Shown piece by piece: positions 48,990 through 58,720 of a DNA stretch of 64,000 bases. Both the position numbers and the translations under genes were made by a program. Position 1 is the first letter of the stretch; each line of letters begins with the position of its first letter. The notes under the pieces were generated by a model that was not told the origin of the DNA, did not search any database, and was given only the letters and a program-made list of their open reading frames with translations. This DNA is from a virus. Taxonomy: Duplodnaviria > Caudoviricetes. The DNA is taken from positions 160,001 through 224,000 of the IMG/VR virus record IMGVR_UViG_3300050142_000050, one strand, 5' to 3'.

Positions 48990-49661
48990 ATGACATCGAC
49001 ACCGTTTGATGAAGAAGGCGATCGCGCGGAACGCCTTGTCGATCCATTCGATATTAGGGTTAGGCGGGATCCAACCACTCGTATGGAAGAAGAATCACTT
49101 GTACGTCTTGGTATGGCGTCCATCGATGGGCATGCGTTTCTAATACTGGACCATGGAGGATCTGGTGTACGGAAACAGAGTTCCGCCGATTCGCTCGATG
49201 GGCTGAACATGCGTGGACGAATGATGCATATCAGTCATGTGTTCTTCGATGAGAATGGGGAGCTGAAAGAATCCCCGCCTCTCGAGCCACTGGTGCTTCC
49301 TACACCGATGGATATCGACGTCTGGGCGAAGGAGCTCGAATCCTGGAAAGAGAGGAATCTCGGACCGGTTATCGTGATCGATAGTTTTGCCGGAGATTAC
49401 TCTGACCCGACCAAAGAAATCCCTCCACTCACGACTGTGCTGCACACGACACCGAATGGGAAAACGACAACCGGGGCGTGTCGTTACGCTTTGGGAGAAG
49501 TTGGTATCCTGGATTTGGAATATATGACAGGCTATCCGGATCTTCATCCGATCACCAGCCTTAGAGTATTCGATAAGCCGGTGAAGTCTGATATACCCAA
49601 AAGGCACCATGATCACTTGATCAAACCGCATTCCAGTCGGCGTCATAGGAGATCAAAATGA
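48990..49661 (+). CDS. hypothetical protein
   Basis: 223 aa, GGAGGAG RBS. Confidence 0.65.
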   Translation: MTSTPFDEEGDRAERLVDPFDIRVRRDPTTRMEEESLVRLGMASIDGHAFLILDHGGSGVRKQSSADSLDGLNMRGRMMHISHVFFDENGELKESPPLEPLVLPTPMDIDVWAKELESWKERNLGPVIVIDSFAGDYSDPTKEIPPLTTVLHTTPNGKTTTGACRYALGEVGILDLEYMTGYPDLHPITSLRVFDKPVKSDIPKRHHDHLIKPHSSRRHRRSK

Positions 49662-50092
49662 ATATACCCAATCTCGATGAGCGATCCCATATTAGGGAAG
49701 ACCCTATATATCGAATGACTATACTGTTCAACAAGGAGCTTTGTAAGCGTATACCAGACAGAACCAAGAATGGTGGCTCCAAATTGATCATCAAGAAGAT
49801 CGAAGAGATGATCGAGTCTCGAGAGATCCTACCGCGTGCAAATTTCCAGACATTCCTGATGTCCGAGAAGTGGATGCTGGAGGTGACGAAGATCGGTAGT
49901 GAATATCCAGCGATCGCGTTGGCATTCATCGATATCGTTCCGGAGGACATTCACGAGACCCTCCCTAAGTCCACCAAGATCGAGACCTATGAGGATGAGA
50001 CTCACGGAGTCATACATCCGATCAGTCTGACTCGATATTGCGAACCACTACCCATCACAGATCAGAGTTCGGAAGCTTCCGAACAACTGTAA
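49658..50092 (+). CDS. hypothetical protein
   Basis: ATGA overlap, AGGAG RBS. Confidence 0.6.
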   Translation: MNIPNLDERSHIREDPIYRMTILFNKELCKRIPDRTKNGGSKLIIKKIEEMIESREILPRANFQTFLMSEKWMLEVTKIGSEYPAIALAFIDIVPEDIHETLPKSTKIETYEDETHGVIHPISLTRYCEPLPITDQSSEASEQL

Positions 50093-50143
50093 ATCATTTC
50101 CTATCTCAACCCAATGAGTATGGAACAACAAGGAGTAAATACC

Positions 50144-51280
50144 ATGTCCTCTTCTGTAATTAAGCCCACCTTCATCAACCCCTCGAAGATCCCTACCGTA
50201 TCTGACTGTATGATGCTTGTCATCGGGTCGTTCCATTACTCGGCGTCGGGCACACTGTCGGTCGTCAGCGGTATCCTCAAGAGCAATGATGCTCATCAAC
50301 CGATCGAGTTTGTCCTCGATCAGAGTGATGAAGCTCACCCCATGCACGTATGTTCCTTCCGGCGCGGTGATCGCTTCGTCGTCGATCTCGTCTGGAATGG
50401 TGACGAATTCACCGGTGAGTGGAAGTTGACCTACCACAGCGGATATGTCGCAGAAGGTATGCTCAGTGTGGGTGACATCGTGGAAACCGATGAAGGTTTC
50501 ACCTGTAATCCCAAGCGCGAGAGCGAAGTCTATGTCCATCCCGAGACAGGTGAACTGTGCATCGGGTGCGATGATGGTCATCACAATCTCACCGGTCAAC
50601 TCGAGGATGGTGTATATATCGGCGTATATCTCCGCAAGGAGAAAGTACCGCCCAAGTCGAAGGATGACTATTCCGATGCGGGTTTCCCCGAAGAAGAAAT
50701 CCTGAACCTGGGTATGTCTCAAGCGGAGATCGAGGACGCAGTGCCCCTGAAGACACCCGAGGAGATCCTCGCGGAGGATGATGCTCCCGAGCTCAGTAAG
50801 GAATGGTTCGCCAATGCAGAGCTCAAGCATGGTGACGAAGTGATCCGTCCTTCCAGCAGAGCCTCCAAAGGTGAGGTCATCGACCAGCCTGTCAGGGAAG
50901 ACGCATTGACCTTCCGTCCCGACCTGCGTTCTCCTGACTTGGATGAAGTGACAGATCTCCAACCTGCGCTTTACGACGAGAAGAACCAATATCCTCTGGA
51001 AGTCGAGATCGTGCGAACCACCATCGCCGGTGGCGTCGCGACGATGGCTATTGTCATCACACCGACGGATGTACAGGCCGATCCGGTCGTCGGCTTGATC
51101 AAACTCAGTACTGCCGAATTCGCTCACCTCAAGGACCTCAAGAAGTTCAACGCGTTTGTGGATGGCTTTACCGGCCTTTGGTATATCGCCACCCCCAAGC
51201 AGGAGGAAACGCACAAGCCGACAGCTGTTCCCGATCGGAATGGATGTATCGACACTCTCGGTATCCGCAGCGGCTTCTAA
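50144..51280 (+). CDS. modular acidic protein containing a BrnA-antitoxin-like segment
   Basis: AAGGAG RBS before ATG 50144; EGFTC..CIGCDDGHHNLTGQLEDG module; DDAPELSKEWFANAELKHGDEVIRP segment. Confidence 0.7.
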   Translation: MSSSVIKPTFINPSKIPTVSDCMMLVIGSFHYSASGTLSVVSGILKSNDAHQPIEFVLDQSDEAHPMHVCSFRRGDRFVVDLVWNGDEFTGEWKLTYHSGYVAEGMLSVGDIVETDEGFTCNPKRESEVYVHPETGELCIGCDDGHHNLTGQLEDGVYIGVYLRKEKVPPKSKDDYSDAGFPEEEILNLGMSQAEIEDAVPLKTPEEILAEDDAPELSKEWFANAELKHGDEVIRPSSRASKGEVIDQPVREDALTFRPDLRSPDLDEVTDLQPALYDEKNQYPLEVEIVRTTIAGGVATMAIVITPTDVQADPVVGLIKLSTAEFAHLKDLKKFNAFVDGFTGLWYIATPKQEETHKPTAVPDRNGCIDTLGIRSGF

Positions 51281-51299
51281 AGCCTACAATCACACAGGT

Positions 51300-51325
51300 A
51301 GTAGGGAGGCTCACGCCTCCCTACT
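51300..51325 (+). terminator. 11-bp hairpin, TCAC loop
   Basis: AGTAGGGAGGC-TCAC-GCCTCCCTACT then ATTCTCTTTT. Confidence 0.7.
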
Positions 51326-51353
51326 ATTCTCTTTTCACATAGGGGTCGAAACT

Positions 51354-51986
51354 ATGTCTGCTATCATCGTCTCGCCCACATGGGCAGCTTATGACCATTC
51401 CTCTATCGCAATAGTGGACTTCCAAGAGTTCCGTGTGGATCTCAATCACCACAAGCTCAATATGACACCTGGCGGTGACATACTCTTTGGACAATGTGGG
51501 ATTGATCGGATCACCGATACATCGAAAGAGTTCCAGACCGATCTCCATAATACCTTGGCTTATTTCGCCATACTGTCACTCATCAATCCGTCCTCGGTTC
51601 GATATACATCTGAGTCCGATTCCATCCTGGCCAAACATATCAAGCGGTTCAGACACTTCATCCGTATACCCCAGGACGAGATGGTCGTCATCACATCTGC
51701 GGTGCGATACGTGATAAGTGCGCAAAAAGAAACTGCGCCCGATGCGATCGACATTACGATGATGGGTCAGTACTGGGGAGGAGGATCGGGTGGAGAGACC
51801 GGTATGGGCATGGCTATGGCCGGTATGGATCCTGAGGATATATTCCACAAGCTCCATCATCTGCGCTATGGTGTCAGTAAGGAATTCTCCTTCTTCAATC
51901 TGACTCTCCGTCAATTCAGCTCGGCACACTACAAAGAGGCCAGAGAGGATCTTAAACATGTCATCCCATCCCTCCTCCCACAGTAG
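51354..51986 (+). CDS. possible Ntn-hydrolase (HslV/proteasome-subunit-like) protein
   Basis: MSAIIV..K..GDILFGQCG N-terminus and YWGGGSGGETGMGMAMAGMDPEDIF resembling the (A/G)IGSG..A.GAM.AG motif. Confidence 0.4.
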   Translation: MSAIIVSPTWAAYDHSSIAIVDFQEFRVDLNHHKLNMTPGGDILFGQCGIDRITDTSKEFQTDLHNTLAYFAILSLINPSSVRYTSESDSILAKHIKRFRHFIRIPQDEMVVITSAVRYVISAQKETAPDAIDITMMGQYWGGGSGGETGMGMAMAGMDPEDIFHKLHHLRYGVSKEFSFFNLTLRQFSSAHYKEAREDLKHVIPSLLPQ

Positions 51987-52527
51987 GTCCCTATTGGGCA
52001 AGGGTGATACCCTGTTAGTCACCCAGAAGATAGAGAAAGAAAACACATTCGGCCTGATCTATGCGAGTCATTTCGTGATCCGTGATGAGTGGTATAGTCA
52101 ATATGGCCTGGCTATCCCCGTCAGACTCGATGACGTCCCTATGGATGTCATACTGGAGGGTAAGTACCCTCTGGCGGAACTCAAGTTGGAACATACCGAT
52201 CCGGTACATCCCTATCTACTCCTCGATCATGACGGTAAGTTGTGGGGAGTCATCCTGACAGTCGACTCCGACGGTAGGGTCAGTAGGGATATGGTCAGTA
52301 TCGATACCACCACAGACAGATGGTGGGTGAAGTCCAACTCGATCACCGGTCCGGCTATGGGACTCTTGATCGCGAATGTGTCGCCTGATACATTCATCGA
52401 GAAGGCCTTGGTCCTCTATCCGACCACCCCGACTGAGGTTTTCTCTCTGACGAACCTCTTGGTGGAACTCCACGTCAAACATCCAACTACCCCGAAGGAG
52501 ACAGAAGGAGATGGCAGCAGCAGTTAG
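51958..52527 (+). CDS. hypothetical protein
   Basis: Co-oriented, overlaps neighbours; start uncertain. Confidence 0.55.
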   Translation: MSSHPSSHSRSLLGKGDTLLVTQKIEKENTFGLIYASHFVIRDEWYSQYGLAIPVRLDDVPMDVILEGKYPLAELKLEHTDPVHPYLLLDHDGKLWGVILTVDSDGRVSRDMVSIDTTTDRWWVKSNSITGPAMGLLIANVSPDTFIEKALVLYPTTPTEVFSLTNLLVELHVKHPTTPKETEGDGSSS

Positions 52528-53035
52528 ACATCCCACGTCTCAGGATATTATCGTCTCGACTCTGGTAGGCCTCCATAGTGGAGAACTCTCTTTCCCACTC
52601 TCCTTTCAATCCATAATGATGACAGGGGGTCGTAGGATACTCCAGATCCGACTCATTGACCAAATCATCAGCGATTTGGATGATGCGATAGGTCCTGATT
52701 TTTACAAGGATCCCCAGACCATATACCGAAAGGTGGTTTGGGATATCTTCTACAATGAGACAGAGGTAGACTTCGTGGTGGACATACCACTCGTCGAGCG
52801 ATATCTGTCGGCATATGGCATTAAGGAGTGTAGTCTTACCGATTACCTCTATGTCATTAAATTCTCCAAGTCCTATTTCAAACACGTTGTAAAACGTGGA
52901 CAGTCTGAGTATTTCTTCGATACCAGACTGCGTTATAAGAACATACCCGAGATCGGCGACATGATCTTGGAGCGAATCGAGTATGTTTACCAATCACAAA
53001 AAAGGAGTAAGTTCCGTGTCCGAAGATCAAGATAA
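52511..53035 (+). CDS. hypothetical protein
   Basis: AAGGAG RBS. Confidence 0.55.
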   Translation: MAAAVRHPTSQDIIVSTLVGLHSGELSFPLSFQSIMMTGGRRILQIRLIDQIISDLDDAIGPDFYKDPQTIYRKVVWDIFYNETEVDFVVDIPLVERYLSAYGIKECSLTDYLYVIKFSKSYFKHVVKRGQSEYFFDTRLRYKNIPEIGDMILERIEYVYQSQKRSKFRVRRSR

Positions 53036-53987
53036 CAAAGACGTCATCCGTCTCGAAGTCGGTGAAACCTATGTGGACGAGCTGGGGGCACTGGTACACG
53101 TTCATGAGAAGTCCGCCGGAGGAGGGCGCCGTGGCCTTTTTGCAGCTATCCGTCAGTTTGAAGGTAGTGCCGCGCCCGCCGATTACCTTTTCTACTACGA
53201 AGATGGTTCGAGCGCTAGTGCGTGGAACCATACTCCCATCGTGAGTGTATCCGAACGCAAGTGGACTGACGTATTCGCCGGTTCGAATGAAGTACCTACG
53301 TTCACTACGGCTGACGTTCCCTTCCGGACGACAGTACCGGCTTCAGATAACAATTTATACGGCTATCATCCTCAGCCGTTACCTACACACCGGTGGGGTA
53401 ATCATCCCTATCCGCAGCCTCCGGTGCCCGCGCCTTCTACCCACCACTATGAACATACGCTATCTCAGGCTGGTAAAGCTGCATATGAGGCCAAGCTCAC
53501 CGAAGACCCTGACTACTTCACAAATGCCCAGAAGGCCTTCAATGACAAGCGCGATCAGGAGTTTCTCGATCGCGTCAACTCGCTCCCTACCGATCCGTTC
53601 CGGAACGAGAAGGATGTCACCGCCATCGAAAGTCCTGTCGGTGTACTGAACATCCCGACACAGTCGATCTTCAGTGTGAGCATCTCCAAAGCAGGTCTGG
53701 ATTCTGAATCGACATTCGGTCCTACCTTCATGAGGATCGGTGATCCACAACCACATGGTGACAATGGTCCATGTGTCACAGTCTCGATCACTCCTGATGT
53801 GAATTACAACGCAGACGGGTCGTTCTCCGTGCGGGTGAAGCCTATGAGGGCGCTGGGCCTCATTGCCATCAACTACATCATCAATGGGTCGATGCTCCGT
53901 GAGGAGATCCGACATGGATACACCGAGATCGATCGTGATCTCAATATCAGTATCCTCGAGAAGATCGGCTTCATCTTCCCCACATAG
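53016..53987 (+). CDS. hypothetical modular protein
   Basis: GTG start with AAGGAG RBS; Pro/His-rich linker. Confidence 0.65.
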   Translation: MSEDQDNKDVIRLEVGETYVDELGALVHVHEKSAGGGRRGLFAAIRQFEGSAAPADYLFYYEDGSSASAWNHTPIVSVSERKWTDVFAGSNEVPTFTTADVPFRTTVPASDNNLYGYHPQPLPTHRWGNHPYPQPPVPAPSTHHYEHTLSQAGKAAYEAKLTEDPDYFTNAQKAFNDKRDQEFLDRVNSLPTDPFRNEKDVTAIESPVGVLNIPTQSIFSVSISKAGLDSESTFGPTFMRIGDPQPHGDNGPCVTVSITPDVNYNADGSFSVRVKPMRALGLIAINYIINGSMLREEIRHGYTEIDRDLNISILEKIGFIFPT

Positions 53988-54007
53988 GCTGACGATCAGT
54001 AAGTAGT

Positions 54008-54036
54008 GGGTAGAGGGGGTAATACCCCCTCTACCC
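54008..54036 (+). terminator. 14-bp hairpin with T-tract
   Basis: GGGTAGAGGGGGTA-A-TACCCCCTCTACCC then CTTATTTTTT. Confidence 0.75.
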
Positions 54037-54072
54037 TACTCTTATTTTTTAAGAATACAGCCTACCCATCCC

Positions 54073-54276
54073 ATGATAAAAGAAAGGGTCGCACCTATGG
54101 GATATCTCAGCATCAGAGAGCGATATCAAGTCGCCTCCACCAAGTCCACGCACGGTAGTGAGAAACTCACACTGCGTTATAAGACTTGGAAAGAACGCAA
54201 TCTCCATCTCTTCAGTCTATCCGATGGAAGTCTTTCCCACGCAGATTGGTTCAAGCTCAAATTCAGGAGGAAATAA
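54073..54276 (+). CDS. small basic hypothetical protein
   Basis: 67 aa, TAATG overlap with the next gene. Confidence 0.45.
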   Translation: MIKERVAPMGYLSIRERYQVASTKSTHGSEKLTLRYKTWKERNLHLFSLSDGSLSHADWFKLKFRRK

Positions 54277-54920
54277 TGTCCTTTTTCAAAAACAGTCATC
54301 GGGAGTCGGATATCAAAGTACCCAATCTCGATGAACTCTTCAAGGAGGTCATGGAAAAGTTCGGTGATGAGATCCGCACTATCCGAGAGAAAGCGCTCAA
54401 AGATTACATCGACAGTTTTAATGAGCTCTGCAACAGTGTCGATCAGAGTGAAACCGCGATGATCCGAGCCTTTACATCGGGTCACCCAATGCCGTGGGAC
54501 AAGTGTGGATCACTAGTCCCGAGTTGCGTGAAGTCATTCACCCTCAAGGACGAGGGCACACCTCTCTCGCCGGGCCGCGATATAGCCGTCGACAAACACA
54601 GCAAATTCTACGTCGCTGTGGATATAATCGACGGTGCATTGGTTTTGCGTGGTGAAGATGATCCCCATCCTCTCGAAGGACTCCTTGGTGAGGAGACATA
54701 CCGGGATAATGAGCTGGACATCACCCTCTATGGTAAAGACTCTACCCGACCAACCGTCTCTCTCGTGATCGAGATATGCCCGATGGCTCGGCTAGGTAAT
54801 GTTCGAATCACCGATACAGATGGTAGGGACTGGGTCGTCAAGTTCCGACCCGGTGAAGGTGATGCGGTACTCAAGATGATCGAGAACAAGATCATCGCTT
54901 TTCACAAGAGGGACATCTGA
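54276..54920 (+). CDS. hypothetical protein
   Basis: AGGAGG RBS before ATG 54276. Confidence 0.65.
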   Translation: MSFFKNSHRESDIKVPNLDELFKEVMEKFGDEIRTIREKALKDYIDSFNELCNSVDQSETAMIRAFTSGHPMPWDKCGSLVPSCVKSFTLKDEGTPLSPGRDIAVDKHSKFYVAVDIIDGALVLRGEDDPHPLEGLLGEETYRDNELDITLYGKDSTRPTVSLVIEICPMARLGNVRITDTDGRDWVVKFRPGEGDAVLKMIENKIIAFHKRDI

Positions 54921-54922
54921 CG

Positions 54923-55696
54923 ATGAACTACATTCTCTCAGCTATCGCTTTCGGCATAGTCCTAGTCTTGGCATATGCCGAATATTGTTCGACTAAGAAA
55001 ATCACCAAGCGGGTATACGAAAGGCCTCCACCTGCGGAGACACCTGTACCCGAAGAGAAACCTACCGAGGAGGTAGTGAGTATCTTACGATCTACACCTC
55101 GAGAGATTATCGCCAAGAATGCAGATCGGATCGAAGAGTTTCGTAAATCGACTGAGGAACTAGTCGAGAAGATCAATCGCGATCCTAACTACTTGACCAA
55201 CTTGGTGAATAACAAGGTTGAGAAACCCTCCCTTGCGAACCAACATGAAAAACTCGATCCGAAGGGCCACGTCGAGAATATCATCGAGAGTCATCGCGAG
55301 CTTTTGGAAGAAGCTCTGACTCACGCAATCGAAGAACTCCGAGACTCCCATCGCAAGATGTGGTATGATCAGTACGACGACATCAACTTCCTGAAGGTAT
55401 TGAGATGGTCGCCGGAAGGAAGTCTTATCGCAGCTGTCATCATTGACAAGATTATTTCTGTCAGTGAAGAAGAGACTGAAGAGTATGCTGTCCACGCGTG
55501 TAAGTGGGTGAGTCATAATTACCTACGATTCACCGATGGAGCCCTGCGGAAGAATACTTACAGTGAGTGGTATCGGACAGCCTCATCAGGACGCACTGTG
55601 ACCGACCTACCACTTTTCCGTATAGGCGACCATGAGGTAAGTGTCGAAGTCTTCATCGAACGAAGTGAGGATGGGAAAAATGTTCCGACATCCTGA
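54923..55696 (+). CDS. membrane-anchored hypothetical protein
   Basis: N-terminal TM, helical body. Confidence 0.65.
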   Translation: MNYILSAIAFGIVLVLAYAEYCSTKKITKRVYERPPPAETPVPEEKPTEEVVSILRSTPREIIAKNADRIEEFRKSTEELVEKINRDPNYLTNLVNNKVEKPSLANQHEKLDPKGHVENIIESHRELLEEALTHAIEELRDSHRKMWYDQYDDINFLKVLRWSPEGSLIAAVIIDKIISVSEEETEEYAVHACKWVSHNYLRFTDGALRKNTYSEWYRTASSGRTVTDLPLFRIGDHEVSVEVFIERSEDGKNVPTS

Positions 55697-55860
55697 TCGG
55701 CTTTAACAACACTGGTTTCACCCAGTACGTCGGTATCCATTGTGAGGGTGGTGAAACCTACCACGTAGCAGCGGATGGTCATATACCGCGAGCTGAGGCG
55801 ATTGCCGCTATCAAAGCACGTATCATCCGAGCAAAAACACACAGCAAGGAGTCGTAACCC

Positions 55861-56238
55861 ATGCATTATGAAAAACTCATGGAGATCAATGCCGTCACGG
55901 TCAAGTCCGCCGATGAAATCCGGAATTCCGCCAACACCCGATTCGTGATCGATATCAAGGGTATCACTCAGCGCCCTCGTATGGATACCATCCAGATCGG
56001 TGGTCCTGAACACATCATCCGGATGATCCGTGATGAGCTTTCTGACATCACCGAACGAGGGACCCAGATCGATCCCTACTTCACGAAACTCATTTCTGAG
56101 AATCGTGAATCGTGCCAGACGTTCATCAATACCACATGTTCTGAACCCAATCACAGCAATCCTTTCGATTGCACTATCACACCCGTAGGAGGTGGTAGCT
56201 ATATCGCCACCTACAACCTCTTCATCATCCCGAAATAA
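55861..56238 (+). CDS. hypothetical protein
   Basis: AAGGAG RBS. Confidence 0.65.
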   Translation: MHYEKLMEINAVTVKSADEIRNSANTRFVIDIKGITQRPRMDTIQIGGPEHIIRMIRDELSDITERGTQIDPYFTKLISENRESCQTFINTTCSEPNHSNPFDCTITPVGGGSYIATYNLFIIPK

Positions 56239-56255
56239 GAAAGGAACTCCCGCCC

Positions 56256-56738
56256 ATGAAACCCTCTGTTCTCAAGTCCATCCTCTTGGGTGGACTCATC
56301 CTCGTTACCACAGCCTGCTCTGATGAAGCACCTGACGAGTGCCTGCGTTCCAAGAACCCTCAGGAGTGCAACCAATGGCGCGATGCTGGGGGTGATGTCA
56401 GCGACTACCTCATCGGAGGTATCGCAGGCTTCGCTCTGGCTAAGGTCATGGACGGTGGTCGCCAACAGACCATCATCGTACATGACGCACACTACCAGGG
56501 TCCTCCACGTCACCTGCGCAACCGCATCCTGTCGCAGGACATGCAGATCGCCCAGATGCGAAACAAGATCGCTTCGCAGAAGCTGGAACTCCAGCGTCAG
56601 CAATTGGCTAATGCCAAGAAGAAAGCAGAGATCTCTTCTCTGAAATCCACAACGTCCTACGCACCCACCAAGATGAACTACAGTTCTCGTACATCCTACT
56701 CGGTGTCGAGACCTTCTTCTTCGTCGAGGCGCAAATAA
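56256..56738 (+). CDS. predicted lipoprotein
   Basis: Signal peptide with TTA|C lipobox-like site, Gly/Ala hydrophobic patch, coiled-coil, Ser/Arg tail. Confidence 0.65.
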   Translation: MKPSVLKSILLGGLILVTTACSDEAPDECLRSKNPQECNQWRDAGGDVSDYLIGGIAGFALAKVMDGGRQQTIIVHDAHYQGPPRHLRNRILSQDMQIAQMRNKIASQKLELQRQQLANAKKKAEISSLKSTTSYAPTKMNYSSRTSYSVSRPSSSSRRK

Positions 56739-56749
56739 GGAGAGGTATC

Positions 56750-56986
56750 ATGTACCAACAAATATCTGATCTAGCCCAGGCGTTCGCTATCGTGGGTATG
56801 ATCTTCTTCGTCATGGTGATCAGTATGACAGTCGTCGCACTCCTGCTGGCGATCAGGAAGATCGTTTCGTGGCGCAAGCTGGACTCTCGCTCCAATGAAG
56901 TGGATGACTCCACAGTGGATGACACTGAGGCGAATGAGCGTGATCTCAAAGCCATCTTGAAGAGCATCGACAAGTACAGTCGATAA
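56750..56986 (+). CDS. single-TM protein
   Basis: AAGGAG RBS; N-terminal TM. Confidence 0.65.
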   Translation: MYQQISDLAQAFAIVGMIFFVMVISMTVVALLLAIRKIVSWRKLDSRSNEVDDSTVDDTEANERDLKAILKSIDKYSR

Positions 56987-56998
56987 GAGGAGGATCTC

Positions 56999-57517
56999 GT
57001 GGTCTTAGATACGACGAAAGAGTATTGCGTCAAACACCTCCGACGCGAGGACTTGATGATAAACAATCTACGACGCCATCATCCGGAAGGAGAAGTCGTC
57101 GTCGAATATCTCGACGATAATAAAGCTCATCTAGCGTCGAGGTCGTGGCCGATCGATGGCTATTCGATGTCGATCGAGCCCGATGAAGGAATAGTCCCAT
57201 CCTACATCAGGGTATGTCCTCCTGACAACAGCACGGTCGTCCACAATCGATTCGGAGATCAGTATCCGATCCTGCATGATATCGTCATGCGGATGTACTC
57301 CTGCATAGCCAACAATGCATTTCGCGATGACGGGAGTGAGGAGGTATCCCGGGAGATACTCTCGAACAGGGCCCATGACATCCTCACCAATATGGAAGGA
57401 TGGGATGGAGAGCTCGATCGGCAGATCTATTTCCCTGGAGGAGATTCGTTCTACGATATCTACTTCGATGTGGATAAGCTCATCGCCCAATTCGGCGGTA
57501 CAGTGACTTCGTCCTAA
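56999..57517 (+). CDS. hypothetical protein
   Basis: GTG start, GAGGAGG RBS. Confidence 0.6.
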   Translation: MVLDTTKEYCVKHLRREDLMINNLRRHHPEGEVVVEYLDDNKAHLASRSWPIDGYSMSIEPDEGIVPSYIRVCPPDNSTVVHNRFGDQYPILHDIVMRMYSCIANNAFRDDGSEEVSREILSNRAHDILTNMEGWDGELDRQIYFPGGDSFYDIYFDVDKLIAQFGGTVTSS

Positions 57518-57527
57518 TTCACAAATA

Positions 57528-57554
57528 GGAGGAGTGGGTAGTACCCACTCCTCC
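57528..57554 (+). terminator. 13-bp hairpin with T-tract
   Basis: GGAGGAGTGGGTA-G-TACCCACTCCTCC then CTCTTTATTTTTT. Confidence 0.75.
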
Positions 57555-57616
57555 CTACCTCTTTATTTTTTGTCTCTACTATGCAATTGTGTGACATATC
57601 ACTAAAGAGGCAATGT

Positions 57617-58327
57617 ATGAACAAGGTCATAAACTGCCATCACTTTGGTGGTCCCACCAAAATACCTAAAGGTGTGAGATATGTGGGTAGACCTTCTACA
57701 TTCGGTAATCCGTTTGCGAGTAGGACACTTAACATCACACGAGATGAGGCAGTAGCGCTCCATCTCCATTGGTTGTATGGGAAGATCAAAGAGGGCCCTT
57801 ATGCCCTAGAGACCATCAAGAAAGATCTCAGTGGGCATGATCTAGCATGCTTCTGTAAGAGCGATCATCATCACGAAACATGTCATGCTGATAATCTCCT
57901 AGAGGTAGCCCTCCCTAAAGGTCTGGAGAGAGATTACAGTCCATCTGTGATGAAGCTCCTCATAGACGATTTAAGGCACTCTACAGCAGCGATAGATAAA
58001 AGAGTGAGAGATACACCATCCCTACTCGAAGGACACGTCAATGGGCTCTTATTGCTAAATGAAGCTAGGTGTAGCCTCAACTATGTCCTGATCATGATGC
58101 GAGAGAAACAATTCCCCCTCGTAGAGCGTGAAAAGATCATCGCGTTAGCACATGTCCTCCTAAGGGCTGCTTATCATGAGCTCGATGATGACGGTGTCAA
58201 GTATAGACTGACCCTCCTCAATTGGTTTTGTGATAAGACCATCAAGCCTTATTTGCCCATTGAGGATATGCCTGTCAGGAAGAAAATAGCCAAGAAAGAT
58301 AATACCAGAATAAAACCAACCAGTTAG
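57617..58327 (+). CDS. DUF4326 domain protein with C-terminal extension
   Basis: YVGRPSTFGNPF..LSGHDLACFC..CHADNLLEVA. Confidence 0.8.
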   Translation: MNKVINCHHFGGPTKIPKGVRYVGRPSTFGNPFASRTLNITRDEAVALHLHWLYGKIKEGPYALETIKKDLSGHDLACFCKSDHHHETCHADNLLEVALPKGLERDYSPSVMKLLIDDLRHSTAAIDKRVRDTPSLLEGHVNGLLLLNEARCSLNYVLIMMREKQFPLVEREKIIALAHVLLRAAYHELDDDGVKYRLTLLNWFCDKTIKPYLPIEDMPVRKKIAKKDNTRIKPTS

Positions 58328-58380
58328 GATGTCCATTATTTGAAAATGGTTCTAACTTCTATCACAAGGACTCTTAGCTC

Positions 58381-58704
58381 ATGACTGGTCATCTTGAAAT
58401 GTTCAGATCGATCTCGAAGGTGATGGAGGATCTCTCTATCGGCGAGGACACTAAGGACATCCTGAGCAGAGCTCGATCCATGATCATCAATCAGAACTCT
58501 CTGATTGCTAGTTTGCAGTACAAGATGAGTATCATGGAGATGGGTCAGACCCTCAATATCCAGAGGGCACTGGAAATCACCTGTGCAAAGCCAGTCCTCA
58601 ATCCCGATGTGGCTACCAAACTCTATCACATCCCGACCACTGATCAGTATCTCACACTACCCGAGGTCTATCAGCTCGCTCGCGATCTGACCACCAAGAT
58701 CTGA
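58381..58704 (+). CDS. hypothetical coiled-coil protein
   Basis: AAGGA RBS. Confidence 0.6.
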   Translation: MTGHLEMFRSISKVMEDLSIGEDTKDILSRARSMIINQNSLIASLQYKMSIMEMGQTLNIQRALEITCAKPVLNPDVATKLYHIPTTDQYLTLPEVYQLARDLTTKI

Positions 58705-58720
58705 CCAAAAGAAATAGATG

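Noticed and set aside
50048-51214. 388-aa antisense ORF
   Set aside because: Same shadow pattern; the sense ORF has a strong RBS and recognisable modules
56256-56986. Spanin pair
   Set aside because: Lipoprotein precedes the TM protein, there is no nested arrangement and no adjacent holin/endolysin
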